A DNA stretch of 64,000 nucleotides, from positions 32,001 to 96,000 of IMG/VR virus record IMGVR_UViG_3300046167_000924. The stretch is one strand, 5' to 3'. This DNA comes from a virus. The notes under the pieces were generated by a model. The model ran no database searches, had not been told where the DNA came from, and was given only the letters and a program-made list of their open reading frames with translations. Shown here piece by piece: positions 38,359 through 48,311 of this stretch. A program made the position numbers and the translations under genes. Every line of letters begins with the position of its first letter. Position 1 is the first letter of the stretch.

Positions 38359-38582
38359 TACTTATTATTGTTTTTTAATTTTATTAAATATTCTTTTAAA
38401 TTAGTCGCTTCTATATATGCTCTATCTATATTATCATTCTCTACATGAAATCCGATACTCTCATTACTTGTAATAACATTCTCTGTTTCTTCATCATTAA
38501 AACAAGAAATATTTTGTTCAATTAATTGTATTATTTCATATGATAATTGTAATACATCTTCATCAGTATATTTATTTGCCAT
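38358..38582 (-). CDS. Hypothetical protein
   Basis: Operon ORF. Confidence 0.65.
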   Translation of the reverse strand: MANKYTDEDVLQLSYEIIQLIEQNISCFNDEETENVITSNESIGFHVENDNIDRAYIEATNLKEYLIKLKNNNK

Positions 38583-38826
38583 TGTTTACTATATTATTTA
38601 ATAATTGTAATGTATATTTGGCTTCCCATAATGCTTTTTGTTGCAATGCTTTTGTGGCAGATACCGAATTGACAACCTCCTCGCCTAACTGCATATAAAA
38701 ATTCATGCTATTATTGCAGAGATTTATGGTTTCGGCATCATCAGTTGATAGCTTTCCTATCTTGCTATTGAATATTTCTATTATTTCGGCACTTATCTTT
38801 TGTAATTCATCCATTTTTTTATGCAA
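38572..38826 (-). CDS. Hypothetical protein
   Basis: Operon ORF. Confidence 0.65.
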   Translation of the reverse strand: MHKKMDELQKISAEIIEIFNSKIGKLSTDDAETINLCNNSMNFYMQLGEEVVNSVSATKALQQKALWEAKYTLQLLNNIVNNGK

Positions 38827-38848
38827 TTAAGTATATTTATTTATTATT

Positions 38849-39055
38849 TTATTTATTTTCTAGTGGTGGAACATCAATATCTTGCTTGTTATGTAAGCTA
38901 GACTCTGTTACATCCATGCTTTCTTCTAATTTACAACATTCTTTCTCTAAATCTTGCTTTATTTGTTGTGTTGGGGCAGTTTTCATTGCCTCTTTATACA
39001 AATTTAGCATTTTATCTTTGCTCATTGGCGGTGGACTATTAGTTTTCTCATTCAT
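38849..39055 (-). CDS. Hypothetical protein
   Basis: TTGACT upstream near 39090. Confidence 0.6.
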   Translation of the reverse strand: MNEKTNSPPPMSKDKMLNLYKEAMKTAPTQQIKQDLEKECCKLEESMDVTESSLHNKQDIDVPPLENK

Positions 39056-39189
39056 AATATACTATATACTATACAATATAATAAAAGACAAGTCAAGAAT
39101 AAATGTAAATAATTATAAAATTTTGTAAATAATTGAAAGATAATGACTTATTATATTAATCTTTGTAAAGAGTTGGAAATCCATGAGAA

Positions 39190-39606
39190 TTACGCTTGAT
39201 TGATTGCTTTCTTGGCGAGTTGCTCGACTTGATCCTCTTGATCCGCACAACTTGATAAAATATTTTGTTCAATAAACCTCTCATTATCAGCACTAATTTT
39301 ATTAATTTTTTCATGTAATTGCGTTATTTTATTTATTATTTCTTGTATTGTATTAATTTCTTCATCATTTGAAAGACAATCTTCGACCAATTTCTTTAAA
39401 CAATAATCTAATGTAGAATAATATCCAATCAAATGCCACTTATATTGTACATTATTTGATGAATTATTTTGTGCGATTGGCTCGCTACCACTCTTGCCGT
39501 TCCTTCCATATGGATTTTTTGCTTGTTGTTTTTCTTTTTTTACTTCAACACACAAGTTTAAACTATCATATCTTCTAATTCTATAATTATTTATTTGTAT
39601 TTGCAT
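39190..39606 (-). CDS. Hypothetical protein
   Basis: 138-aa ORF. Confidence 0.7.
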   Translation of the reverse strand: MQIQINNYRIRRYDSLNLCVEVKKEKQQAKNPYGRNGKSGSEPIAQNNSSNNVQYKWHLIGYYSTLDYCLKKLVEDCLSNDEEINTIQEIINKITQLHEKINKISADNERFIEQNILSSCADQEDQVEQLAKKAINQA

Positions 39607-39925
39607 TATTTTTCTTTTGTTATTAAGTTATAATCGAATGTTTTATTTTATATATTTAAGTCGGGCAACCCACTATCACCCATTTTACCCCACATTTTAA
39701 TAATTTTATTTATATTTTTATTTTATATTTTAATCTATTATATACTATACTAATATTCTTATTATATTGTATTGTTTTACTTATATAGAATGGTATATGG
39801 TGTTATAGTATATGGGGATGATTAATAGGGTATCTTACGAGGTTTCTATGAGGCATTCCTTGGTATGCTTGTTTATAGTTGTTTGATATGTTGGCTTATA
39901 TGTAACATATATGTTTTTTATATGT

Positions 39926-41116
39926 TTACTCATAGTTTCTAAAACCTATTGCATAAGGAAACCTTGGAATTCCATCGGGAGTAAGTTGGAAATACTTAAT
40001 GGTTGCTAACTGACCAATATAATCTTTGCGATTATCATAGATTTCTTTGAGGTATTCAAATGAACCTTTAATATTAGAATTGAATGTGGTATTTGTTTTC
40101 GGACAATAACACACTAAATGTTTTGCAGTTCCACTACGATTGCCATTTCCAATATTAATATCTACAACTTTATATTCTGCATCAATAAATTCTTTTCTTT
40201 TTAATAATGATGTACTTCTTTTGTTATCATATTTAGATAGTGATTTGCGAACCATTTGTCCTTCGTATCCTTGTTCAAGATATTGTTCATACAAATTATT
40301 TAGATTGCCGAGAGAGTATACTTCATTTGTTTCAACTAATATAATATGTTTGTTTGTCATTAGTTTAGCTTTTAGTTCATCCATTCTAAAGTCAAATGAT
40401 TGATTTTCATTTACAACATCATTGATCTTTGGTGCATCATATACATGATATTGAATAGTATCTTCTGCTTCTGCGAGTCGTTCTTGATATTCAGTTTGCT
40501 TTTTGGCAAATGCTTTATCAGTCATACTTGCTGACTTGGTTGGTCTTTGCTTGCGAACAAGTGATGTAATCTTGTTGAAGTTTTCACGCAGATCATGGTT
40601 GTATAGTTCACCATCGAGAATAGCGTTTGGATGAGCGAGAAAGAACCCATTTAGGCTTTTAAGGATATGAGGTATGCACTCTATCTCTTTACCATTGCGA
40701 GTTCGTCCTACGAGTTCTCCATCTTCTTTGCGAACAACACAACGAATGCCATCTAGCTTTGGTTGCGAAAAATGAGGATACTTACCAACCAATTCGTCTT
40801 GGCGATCTTTAAAGTTGTGTGCAAGCATTGGCTCATAAAACTTTTTTTTCTGTGCATCTATCTCGTTGAGAGCATATCCACTATCCAATTTCTTTTGAAA
40901 TTTAGCTTGAGCTTGCAATTCTGCTTGACCTTCGGGAGTTGTTTCGTTACTTCGCCCAACATTCTTGGCGATTGTGGTTGTGGCTTTATCTTGGGTCTTC
41001 TTGCCCTCAACCAAGCCTTTAACTGCATAAAAGGATGCACCATCGATGTGCATCGTCCACTCACGCAATTTTCCTTTAGTATCTATCTTGTATAATGTCT
41101 GCAATGTTTTCGTCAT
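39926..41116 (-). CDS. lig: ATP-dependent DNA ligase
   Basis: Motif I QPKLDGIR, III LDGELY, IV EGQMVR, V LLKRK, VI PRFP. Confidence 0.93.
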   Translation of the reverse strand: MTKTLQTLYKIDTKGKLREWTMHIDGASFYAVKGLVEGKKTQDKATTTIAKNVGRSNETTPEGQAELQAQAKFQKKLDSGYALNEIDAQKKKFYEPMLAHNFKDRQDELVGKYPHFSQPKLDGIRCVVRKEDGELVGRTRNGKEIECIPHILKSLNGFFLAHPNAILDGELYNHDLRENFNKITSLVRKQRPTKSASMTDKAFAKKQTEYQERLAEAEDTIQYHVYDAPKINDVVNENQSFDFRMDELKAKLMTNKHIILVETNEVYSLGNLNNLYEQYLEQGYEGQMVRKSLSKYDNKRSTSLLKRKEFIDAEYKVVDINIGNGNRSGTAKHLVCYCPKTNTTFNSNIKGSFEYLKEIYDNRKDYIGQLATIKYFQLTPDGIPRFPYAIGFRNYE

Positions 41117-41156
41117 GGTTATAATAATACGAAATTTTTAGCTTGATGTCAAGCAT

Positions 41157-41360
41157 TTAAATTAGTTTTTGTAAGATTTTTAATTCTTTGATTCCCAAGT
41201 GTTTAGATAAATACAAGCAAAAATCTATTAAATTAGCCCGATTTGAAAATACAATGTCATATCGAATATAGTCTGCGACTTGAGCATATTGTCCATCTTG
41301 CCAACGCTCTGTTAATTGTAAAAATAAATTACTTTGATTGTCTTCTGCGATCTTGGGCAT
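41157..41360 (-). CDS. Hypothetical protein
   Basis: ORF track. Confidence 0.5.
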   Translation of the reverse strand: MPKIAEDNQSNLFLQLTERWQDGQYAQVADYIRYDIVFSNRANLIDFCLYLSKHLGIKELKILQKLI

Positions 41361-41511
41361 TGCGAACCTTTTGAGTGACCATTACATTCGGCATATCAAT
41401 GTGTGGCACAAGAGGCTTTGCACCCGAATGCGAAACCTTTTTTGAGACTTCATGTAATTTTGCACTTTGTTCTTTTGAAGTATTTCTTCTTGTTGTTGCT
41501 TTTTTGCTCAT
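41329..41511 (-). CDS. Basic hypothetical protein
   Basis: K/R-rich 60 aa. Confidence 0.6.
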   Translation of the reverse strand: MSKKATTRRNTSKEQSAKLHEVSKKVSHSGAKPLVPHIDMPNVMVTQKVRNAQDRRRQSK

Positions 41512-41707
41512 GTTATTTTATAGTTTTTTTTGTTTAATTAGCTTTGGTTGTTTGTAGATGATCCCAAGGAAATCCTTCAATTTGATCTAAAATTTCGTTC
41601 AGACAACTTAATTCTGAAATGTATGCTTGTTCTTCCTCTTGGCAAAGTGTGTGTGCGTTTGCACAAAATTCCATACGCTCGTATATTTTATTTATTATTT
41701 CTTGCAT

Positions 41708-41890
41708 TTATTTTTTTCTCCATATAGTTTGTTTTAATGAAAGTTTGATTGTTTTGAAATTCAAGTAAACATGATTTAATGTATTTAAATAATTTATGTT
41801 TTTATTTAAGTAGGTAATCATGTTCTTCTCTGTATGAAAGTTTATTTGTTTGTCTTCTTCGTTATCCTTGTATGAAATGTTATACTTCAA
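41708..41890 (-). CDS. Hypothetical protein
   Basis: ATGA overlap. Confidence 0.55.
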   Translation of the reverse strand: MKYNISYKDNEEDKQINFHTEKNMITYLNKNINYLNTLNHVYLNFKTIKLSLKQTIWRKK

Positions 41891-42183
41891 AATGGAATCT
41901 CGTCTCTTGGGTCTTGTTTGAAACTTCTAATATCTTTCTTTTTCTTCATCTTCTGTGCGAATGTTCGCTCGTTATGTTTAATATAGCACTTATCGCCATT
42001 CTCGTCAAGTTTATTATACGCAATCGCAAAACCTAAAGATTTAAGTGATTCAAGATCAACCTCATCAAGACTTTTCTTGCGAGTCATATTGTTAATTGCT
42101 TGTGCGTGAACAGAAGTAACTACATAAAGAGGTTCGCTTCTATTGCTTAAAATTTTATGTTCAACTAAGATTTCGTCTTTCAT
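41887..42183 (-). CDS. Hypothetical protein
   Basis: Operon ORF. Confidence 0.65.
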   Translation of the reverse strand: MKDEILVEHKILSNRSEPLYVVTSVHAQAINNMTRKKSLDEVDLESLKSLGFAIAYNKLDENGDKCYIKHNERTFAQKMKKKKDIRSFKQDPRDEIPF

Positions 42184-42440
42184 TTTGATCCGCCATTTAT
42201 ATCTTTAAGGTAATTTTCTCTAGCTTGATTTCTTTTAGCTTCATTAATTTCTTCTTGCAATAAAGTATTGATTCTGTCCATGTCTTCAATATAAATTTCT
42301 TCGTAATGCTTTTCTATTACATTTGCAATTTCTTCTGTGCAGTTGTAGAATCTTTCCATTGTCTTATCGTGATCTTCTTTTTGAATCGGCAAATCTGAAC
42401 TTTGCCTAATACAACCTTCTATTATTGAGTAATCGCACAT
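42180..42440 (-). CDS. Hypothetical protein
   Basis: Operon ORF. Confidence 0.55.
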   Translation of the reverse strand: MCDYSIIEGCIRQSSDLPIQKEDHDKTMERFYNCTEEIANVIEKHYEEIYIEDMDRINTLLQEEINEAKRNQARENYLKDINGGSK

Positions 42441-42997
42441 TTTTCTTTATTCATTAAATTTTTAATTTGTTCTTTAGTTTCGTTCCAATGTTTATCTGTA
42501 TCTTGAGTTATTCTTATTATGCTATAATTATACCATACATCACATATCTTGTCAATGTTTTTATCATCGGCTTTTACTTTAAAATGATTCCAATTTTTTT
42601 CTCCATCAATTATTTCTTGTTCAATCCATTCAGAGGGGAAACCAAAAGGAAAATACATTAAATTATAATCTAACGCAAATTTTTGTGCAACTGAAACAAA
42701 ACTTCCCTCTGTTTTATGGCATTCATAATAGTTTGAATCATCGCCCCAAGACTCGTAAACGCTGATATAGAATTGAAAACTATCTTTTATTGCAACATCT
42801 TCTTGTTGCCATTTTTGTAACTCTTCATCACCATGCTCAATTAATTGAACGCTATATTCTTTGCCATACCATTTCATGTGAGACATAATCTTGTTGCTAG
42901 AATAAACTAAATTTTGAAACTTCCAAAGAAGTTCATTATTCGATTCTTTGGTCTGACTTGTTCTTCTAAAACTTACTGATAATCCTTCGCCACTCAT
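42422..42997 (-). CDS. Hypothetical protein
   Basis: 191-aa ORF. Confidence 0.7.
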   Translation of the reverse strand: MSGEGLSVSFRRTSQTKESNNELLWKFQNLVYSSNKIMSHMKWYGKEYSVQLIEHGDEELQKWQQEDVAIKDSFQFYISVYESWGDDSNYYECHKTEGSFVSVAQKFALDYNLMYFPFGFPSEWIEQEIIDGEKNWNHFKVKADDKNIDKICDVWYNYSIIRITQDTDKHWNETKEQIKNLMNKEKCAITQ

Positions 42998-43140
42998 CTT
43001 TTATTGTTTGCAAATTTTTTTTGTCATAATTAAACTCTAAAGCAAATTCTAGTTCTTGTCAAGCCTTTTATTTTCTAATATAGAAATCAATTATGAATGC
43101 GAGCATAATACAACAAATAAATATTGTCGATAAAGTTAAA

Positions 43141-43404
43141 TCATTCATTTGAATATTTTTTAATTTCGTTATTTTTTAAGTTTAATTCTCTTTCTATTTC
43201 CTTGGAAACATTTTCACTAACAGATATTTCGTGATCTTTTGAAAGGGAATCTAATAATTCTACTAAATTTTCTCCCATTTTATTTCGATTCTCTTCACCG
43301 ATAAGAAAAATATTGTCAGAACTTACAAGACTAAGATCATCAAACTTTACAATGATACCATATACTGCATCTGAGCTTCCCCTTAGTCCTAATTTTATTT
43401 TCAT
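43141..43404 (-). CDS. Hypothetical protein
   Basis: ORF track. Confidence 0.6.
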   Translation of the reverse strand: MKIKLGLRGSSDAVYGIIVKFDDLSLVSSDNIFLIGEENRNKMGENLVELLDSLSKDHEISVSENVSKEIERELNLKNNEIKKYSNE

Positions 43405-43693
43405 ATTTTAAATATTTGCACGGAGAGTATCCGTGACTAACTCCAATATAGTAGTAATCGAATTACTTGCTAGTCTTTTTCTGCTGATCGGACATGGTAG
43501 ATCTTGCTCATTCAATAAGATCAAGTTACTAGTAAACTATCACGAATTACTGAAATCACTCACATTAAGAGGTGAACCTATTTTTAATCTCCAAAAGAAT
43601 TTGTTATGATTAACATAAAAAGTAAGGCAACTCCACAAGCAATTAAAACATTAATTGCATAAAAAACATCGGGTAAATTATAAATTAAATTGT

Positions 43694-43930
43694 TCATAAA
43701 GAATTTCCATGTTCGTCATCACATATTGTATTTAAATGTCGGTTCGATCCTTTATCGTGACATTCATACTCTTCTTCGTATTCGTTTAATGCTTTTTCAA
43801 TAACGCTTGCTAAGACAATACTTTCGCCATATTCTAAATTGCTATATCCTTCGCCAACAAAAATAGAACGATTTTCACATTCAACATAAATTTCTGCTCC
43901 ACCTTTGCGTGTTTCTGTTTTCCACTTCAT
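43694..43930 (-). CDS. Hypothetical protein
   Basis: ORF track. Confidence 0.6.
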   Translation of the reverse strand: MKWKTETRKGGAEIYVECENRSIFVGEGYSNLEYGESIVLASVIEKALNEYEEEYECHDKGSNRHLNTICDDEHGNSL

Positions 43931-44030
43931 TTTTTAATTTGTTTAATTTCTTTAAGTTTATATCGTTTTGCGAATTCAATATCTGAATCTTGATTCGACA
44001 TTAATATCATATCTGATCGAACAAAAATTC

Positions 44031-44495
44031 TCATGCAACTAACTCTATACCTTGTTGATGAGGAACTAAGACTTCAAAAAGAAATCTGCGAACTGATTCT
44101 GTTATATCTAATAACTCGGAAAATTCGTTGTAACTAAGTGAGTTGCTATCGCCTTGTCCACCATAACAAATTCTGTAACCTTCTTCAAGAGGGCAAATAT
44201 TCTGCCCTCTTTGCTTGGTATAATGTCCATTCTGACCTTGACTCCATGTCCATTCGCAATGAAATGAATTTATGTAAATCAATACATTAACTCGCCCAAG
44301 ATTATTCCCGACACTATCTTTTCTATCAGTACAATCAACAAAGTCAACATTCGCACTAGGAAATTCCTGACTTAACATCTTTAAGTTGTACATGAACTGC
44401 ACGATAATTCTCACTTCCATGATATGAGGCGTTGTTCCATGAAGTCGTATGCAATTTGCCGTTCGTCTTTTTGCACATCTGTGCATCACGATCAC
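44031..44495 (-). CDS. Hypothetical protein (start uncertain)
   Basis: 5' part overlaps 44356-44622. Confidence 0.55.
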   Translation of the reverse strand: MIVMHRCAKRRTANCIRLHGTTPHIMEVRIIVQFMYNLKMLSQEFPSANVDFVDCTDRKDSVGNNLGRVNVLIYINSFHCEWTWSQGQNGHYTKQRGQNICPLEEGYRICYGGQGDSNSLSYNEFSELLDITESVRRFLFEVLVPHQQGIELVA

Positions 44496-44622
44496 TCTTG
44501 CTTTTATAGCTTAACACATTTTCTTGTGGCATTAACTTTTTAATAACATTATTACTTTTGAATATAATGTCTTCGGGACTCCATGTGTTCCAATTTACTT
44601 TCGCATTTTTAAAATAATTCAT
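44356..44622 (-). CDS. Hypothetical protein
   Basis: ORF track. Confidence 0.55.
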   Translation of the reverse strand: MNYFKNAKVNWNTWSPEDIIFKSNNVIKKLMPQENVLSYKSKSDRDAQMCKKTNGKLHTTSWNNASYHGSENYRAVHVQLKDVKSGIS

Positions 44623-44671
44623 TTTTTCAATTTGGTTTTTATTGTTTATTCTTTATAGAATAGACTATAGA

Positions 44672-45004
44672 TTATAATGTGTCAATCTTTTTTTGTTCTA
44701 ATCTTGTTAAATTATATTCTTCTTCTGTAATGTAAGAGTAACTTGATAAAAATTCCTCTTTACTTAACTCGTTAAAGTCTTTCATCTTTTCTTCATCGTC
44801 TATAAAATCTGCATGATTGTGATGATGGCAGTCAAATTCATTTATTGAGAAATTCTTGAAATGCTTGCCGTGATTATCATAGAAATCTCGCACAACATCT
44901 AATGCTTCCATAACTCTCTTGCTATTTGGATTCTCTTCGCAATCTCCAATGGCAGATGTTTCTGCTTCATTCAATACTAATTGTATCGCTTCAGATAACT
45001 TCAT
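44672..45004 (-). CDS. Hypothetical protein
   Basis: ATGA overlap. Confidence 0.65.
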   Translation of the reverse strand: MKLSEAIQLVLNEAETSAIGDCEENPNSKRVMEALDVVRDFYDNHGKHFKNFSINEFDCHHHNHADFIDDEEKMKDFNELSKEEFLSSYSYITEEEYNLTRLEQKKIDTL

Positions 45005-45231
45005 AGCTCTTCGTCTTCTTCGTCTTCTTCTCTTGTGCCAACAACTAAAAGTTTAATGTCTTTGCCGTCTCCACTCAATCCGAAAAGTTTTACTGCATCG
45101 TTATATATAATTCCATCTTCTGAATCTATACTGATCCAAGAGCAATTCTGAATTTCTCCATCAGTCTCACTTTCAACTACATCCCAACCGAATTCCAACA
45201 TTCTTGCTTTTTGATATTTTGTTAATCTCAT
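45001..45231 (-). CDS. Hypothetical protein
   Basis: Operon ORF. Confidence 0.65.
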   Translation of the reverse strand: MRLTKYQKARMLEFGWDVVESETDGEIQNCSWISIDSEDGIIYNDAVKLFGLSGDGKDIKLLVVGTREEDEEDEEL

Positions 45232-45243
45232 ATTAAATTTTAT

Positions 45244-45459
45244 TTAATTATACTCTTTCCACACTTCATCAAATCCAACTAATGCTTCGGTATCTCCACC
45301 GATATAGTCTCCATCGAATCCATTTTTATTTTCAACTATCAACGCTCCTCTTGATTGAATCTGCTTTACTTTTCCACATTGCTCAATGTCGGATTTGAAT
45401 CCTACCCAATCACCAACATTTACTTCAAAGGTTTCTTCCCATTTGTTTGTAATTTTCAT
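45244..45459 (-). CDS. Hypothetical protein
   Basis: Operon ORF. Confidence 0.65.
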   Translation of the reverse strand: MKITNKWEETFEVNVGDWVGFKSDIEQCGKVKQIQSRGALIVENKNGFDGDYIGGDTEALVGFDEVWKEYN

Positions 45460-45610
45460 TCTATAAAGTTTTCTACATTTACATGAAATAATTCTTCATC
45501 TTTATCCATAATAGCACAAAGGTCATCATAGACATAACTCATCAAATCATCTAAGTCCATATCGTCTACAATTTTTTGTGAAACTAACTCTATATTATCA
45601 TCTGTATAAT

Positions 45611-45802
45611 TCATAAATCCCACTCTCCATTTTTTACATTGTCAATGTCTTGCATTGCTTTGTCGTATGCAGTCTCACTACTATGATCTTCAACTTCGTC
45701 ATCATACAATTCAATTATGTCTTTTGCATGATTAACATTAAATGATTCTTGTTTAACCAATCTTTGTAACTCTTCTGTTAGTGCTTGTCTATATGTTTGC
45801 AT
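45611..45802 (-). CDS. Hypothetical protein
   Basis: TTGACA upstream near 45838. Confidence 0.65.
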   Translation of the reverse strand: MQTYRQALTEELQRLVKQESFNVNHAKDIIELYDDEVEDHSSETAYDKAMQDIDNVKNGEWDL

Positions 45803-45824
45803 GAGTATAAGTATGTACTATGTT

Positions 45825-46028
45825 TTAATCTTTGTCAACCTTAAAATAATAATCCCACTCATCTTTTACTTCAATGTCGGGCATTTCATCTAATCCTTGA
45901 ATTCCATTGATAAGAATTTCTATAATTTCGCTTACACCCATGTTCATTGCTTCTCTTTCGGCAAGATCATAACGCATATCATCAATGGTTGGTTCTTCGT
46001 CTCTTTTTTGTTGTTCAGTTGTTCTCAT
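45825..46028 (-). CDS. Hypothetical protein
   Basis: Operon ORF. Confidence 0.65.
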   Translation of the reverse strand: MRTTEQQKRDEEPTIDDMRYDLAEREAMNMGVSEIIEILINGIQGLDEMPDIEVKDEWDYYFKVDKD

Positions 46029-46215
46029 CGCTAATTTTATCTAATTTTTCGTATAATTCGTCTATCGACTTTTCTAAGCTAGAAATATATTTTATTTCAT
46101 CGGGTTCTCTTGAGTACATAAACTCAAGTTCCATTTCTAAATCTTTGATTGATTTAATTAAATCAATTTTTTCTTCTTGTTGTTCTTGCACTTTACTTAG
46201 AATTTTGTGATTCAT
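46015..46215 (-). CDS. Coiled-coil hypothetical protein
   Basis: Operon ORF. Confidence 0.6.
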   Translation of the reverse strand: MNHKILSKVQEQQEEKIDLIKSIKDLEMELEFMYSREPDEIKYISSLEKSIDELYEKLDKISDENN

Positions 46216-46507
46216 GTTCTTCGATTAGTTGTTCGTAGGTTGGGTAATCGTCTCCTATAATCGGAGGAGACTTATCATCACCCAATCGTTCAAGAAGAGA
46301 TTCGTTTTTATTGATAACTTCACCAATTAATTCGTTCATTTGTTTTTTACTCAACTTTGGAGTTGGTTTAAACACATTAAAAATTTTAGAAAATAAACTC
46401 ATCATACATGAAAATAGGTTTGTTTTTGTCTTCCATGCCATTAAATGTTCCAAGAGTATTAAACTCAAACCATTCAAGTGCTTCTTGTTCGTCCATATCA
46501 TCTTCAT
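46193..46507 (-). CDS. Hypothetical protein (true start probably near 46410)
   Basis: ORF track. Confidence 0.45.
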   Translation of the reverse strand: MKMIWTNKKHLNGLSLILLEHLMAWKTKTNLFSCMMSLFSKIFNVFKPTPKLSKKQMNELIGEVINKNESLLERLGDDKSPPIIGDDYPTYEQLIEEHESQNSK

Positions 46508-46676
46508 CCATCAATGCACGAATGATCTTGGTTACTGAATATACAATTCTGCAATCAGTATCACTTCCGATAATCGCACGATTAAAAGTGGAGCGAGGCT
46601 CAAGTATAATCGCATCTTCGTTAATATCTGACAACTCTTCTAGGATTTGATCTCCTTCTGTAATTTCGTTTTGCAT
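46386..46676 (-). CDS. Conserved-type phage protein
   Basis: AIIG..RIVYS..EALEWFEFNTLG. Confidence 0.7.
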   Translation of the reverse strand: MQNEITEGDQILEELSDINEDAIILEPRSTFNRAIIGSDTDCRIVYSVTKIIRALMDEDDMDEQEALEWFEFNTLGTFNGMEDKNKPIFMYDEFIF

Positions 46677-46688
46677 AATAATATCCTA

Positions 46689-46895
46689 TTAAACTTCTGC
46701 GAGATTGTCAACACTTAAATTCATAGAATCTGATAATGGCACATCATCTCTTGAGTGATGAATGTGAACGCTGACTCGATCCTTGTATTCAGTATCCTCT
46801 GTTGGAATAAAGTTAAATGTACAAATTTCTCCATCCAATAAACTTTGAATCTCTTCTTCTCCTAAAACTAATTTTATATTATATTCTTTTTTCAT
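46689..46895 (-). CDS. Hypothetical protein
   Basis: Operon ORF. Confidence 0.6.
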   Translation of the reverse strand: MKKEYNIKLVLGEEEIQSLLDGEICTFNFIPTEDTEYKDRVSVHIHHSRDDVPLSDSMNLSVDNLAEV

Positions 46896-47051
46896 ATTAC
46901 TTAATTCTATCTAGAAAACTTTTCATTAATTTTACATGATAGTGCATTAACACTAACTCCGATTGATCGTACTGATCTCTTATGTGTCCAATTAATAGAT
47001 AATGTTCTGTGCAGTCAATTAAATCTTGCAAGGCTAGTTTTTCTTTGTTGT

Positions 47052-47813
47052 TCATGCTTCTAAGCAGTAACTCCAATAACGAGAATTTCTTCTGCCTTGA
47101 ACCTTGTTCCAATACATTTCTCTTGCGACATTTGGCGAAATGCCATACTTGTTGCAACGAGCAAGCCACTCATTCTCCATCTCCTCATAGACCTTGAGAC
47201 TACTTGCATGACCTTTCTTGAGGTCGTGACCCATGAACCGCAACAAGTGAACATCCAAGCAACAAAGTTGCGATTCTGTTGGATAACTAAGAGAAAGAGC
47301 ATAAGTTGTCTTTGCGTTACCTAATCCATAAATTGTTCCGATTAAACGATTGCGACATTCTTGCCATGTCTCTTCATCTTGCTTCTTGAACTGATCGGGG
47401 TTTTCACGAAACTTAGTAACTAAATCCCACAATCCACGCTCTCTACGCTCATATAAGCCGACTTTAGCCTTGACGATCATCTGCTTGAGCTTATCCTTGG
47501 ATAAAGTCCAAGAAAGATCGCTCATGGCAATCTCGTAGCCTCGCACATTACTTTCCCAAGTTGTGTGAACGCTCATAATTGCGAATACCCAACGAGCAAA
47601 CATTTCTGCATCGTCTTTGGGAATTAAGTTTGTCCAATAATCAGTCTCGCTTTTGACTGCACCAAATTTAAGGTTGTCGAAAAACTTATCAACATTCCTA
47701 AAGGGGTCAACTTGTATTGTAGGTTTTGACTCCTCAACAAGTTGGTTGATAGGAGCGATAGCGTTTTCTAATAACAGAATTTGTTTATTCAATGTGTCTT
47801 TTGCAATGTTCAT
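47052..47813 (-). CDS. HhH-GPD DNA glycosylase-like, second paralog
   Basis: YGLGNAKTTYAL, CLDVHLLRFM, REMYW; TTGACA-16-CATACT-7-ATG. Confidence 0.65.
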   Translation of the reverse strand: MNIAKDTLNKQILLLENAIAPINQLVEESKPTIQVDPFRNVDKFFDNLKFGAVKSETDYWTNLIPKDDAEMFARWVFAIMSVHTTWESNVRGYEIAMSDLSWTLSKDKLKQMIVKAKVGLYERRERGLWDLVTKFRENPDQFKKQDEETWQECRNRLIGTIYGLGNAKTTYALSLSYPTESQLCCLDVHLLRFMGHDLKKGHASSLKVYEEMENEWLARCNKYGISPNVAREMYWNKVQGRRNSRYWSYCLEA

Positions 47814-47901
47814 GTTTATAAGTATGACATAATCATAAGAAATGTCAAGAGTTTTTTTTGTTTTTTAGTTTTTTTGTTTTAAGTATGTGGTATTCAGCAA
47901 T

Positions 47902-48309
47902 TTAAACTTCGGCAAAATCAAATACAATAGGAGAATTGTTTATTGCTCCACAATTTTGAGGATTAATGTCAAGTCTTTCGCAGATGTTTATACCTAATTT
48001 GTTTAATATTTTTTTGTAATTATCTTTTGAGTTTTTGGTATTTGCTTTTTTTTGTATTACAATTCTTTCGTCAATATAATATGGTTTGATATAATAGTTT
48101 TTTATTTCGCTTGGAACATTCGCAAATTCATCGTTGAGGGAGTTGGCTACTTTTATAACATAACCTAACTTTTTTTTAGAGTAAACTGACTTATAACTTC
48201 CAATGCCAATTTGTTCAAACCCTCTAACGATAATTTGCTGAATGAATTTTTCTGTATTCTTTTCTAGTTCCAAGTAAAGATCGACAATCTTAGACTTGGT
48301 TTGCCTCAT
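47902..48309 (-). CDS. Minimal protein-kinase-like protein
   Basis: GIGSYKSVY, VIK, DINPQN, DFA. Confidence 0.6.
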   Translation of the reverse strand: MRQTKSKIVDLYLELEKNTEKFIQQIIVRGFEQIGIGSYKSVYSKKKLGYVIKVANSLNDEFANVPSEIKNYYIKPYYIDERIVIQKKANTKNSKDNYKKILNKLGINICERLDINPQNCGAINNSPIVFDFAEV

Positions 48310-48311
48310 TG

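Noticed and set aside
39640-39920. AT-rich non-coding stretch as replication origin
   Set aside because: No iterons or defined repeats visible; composition alone is insufficient
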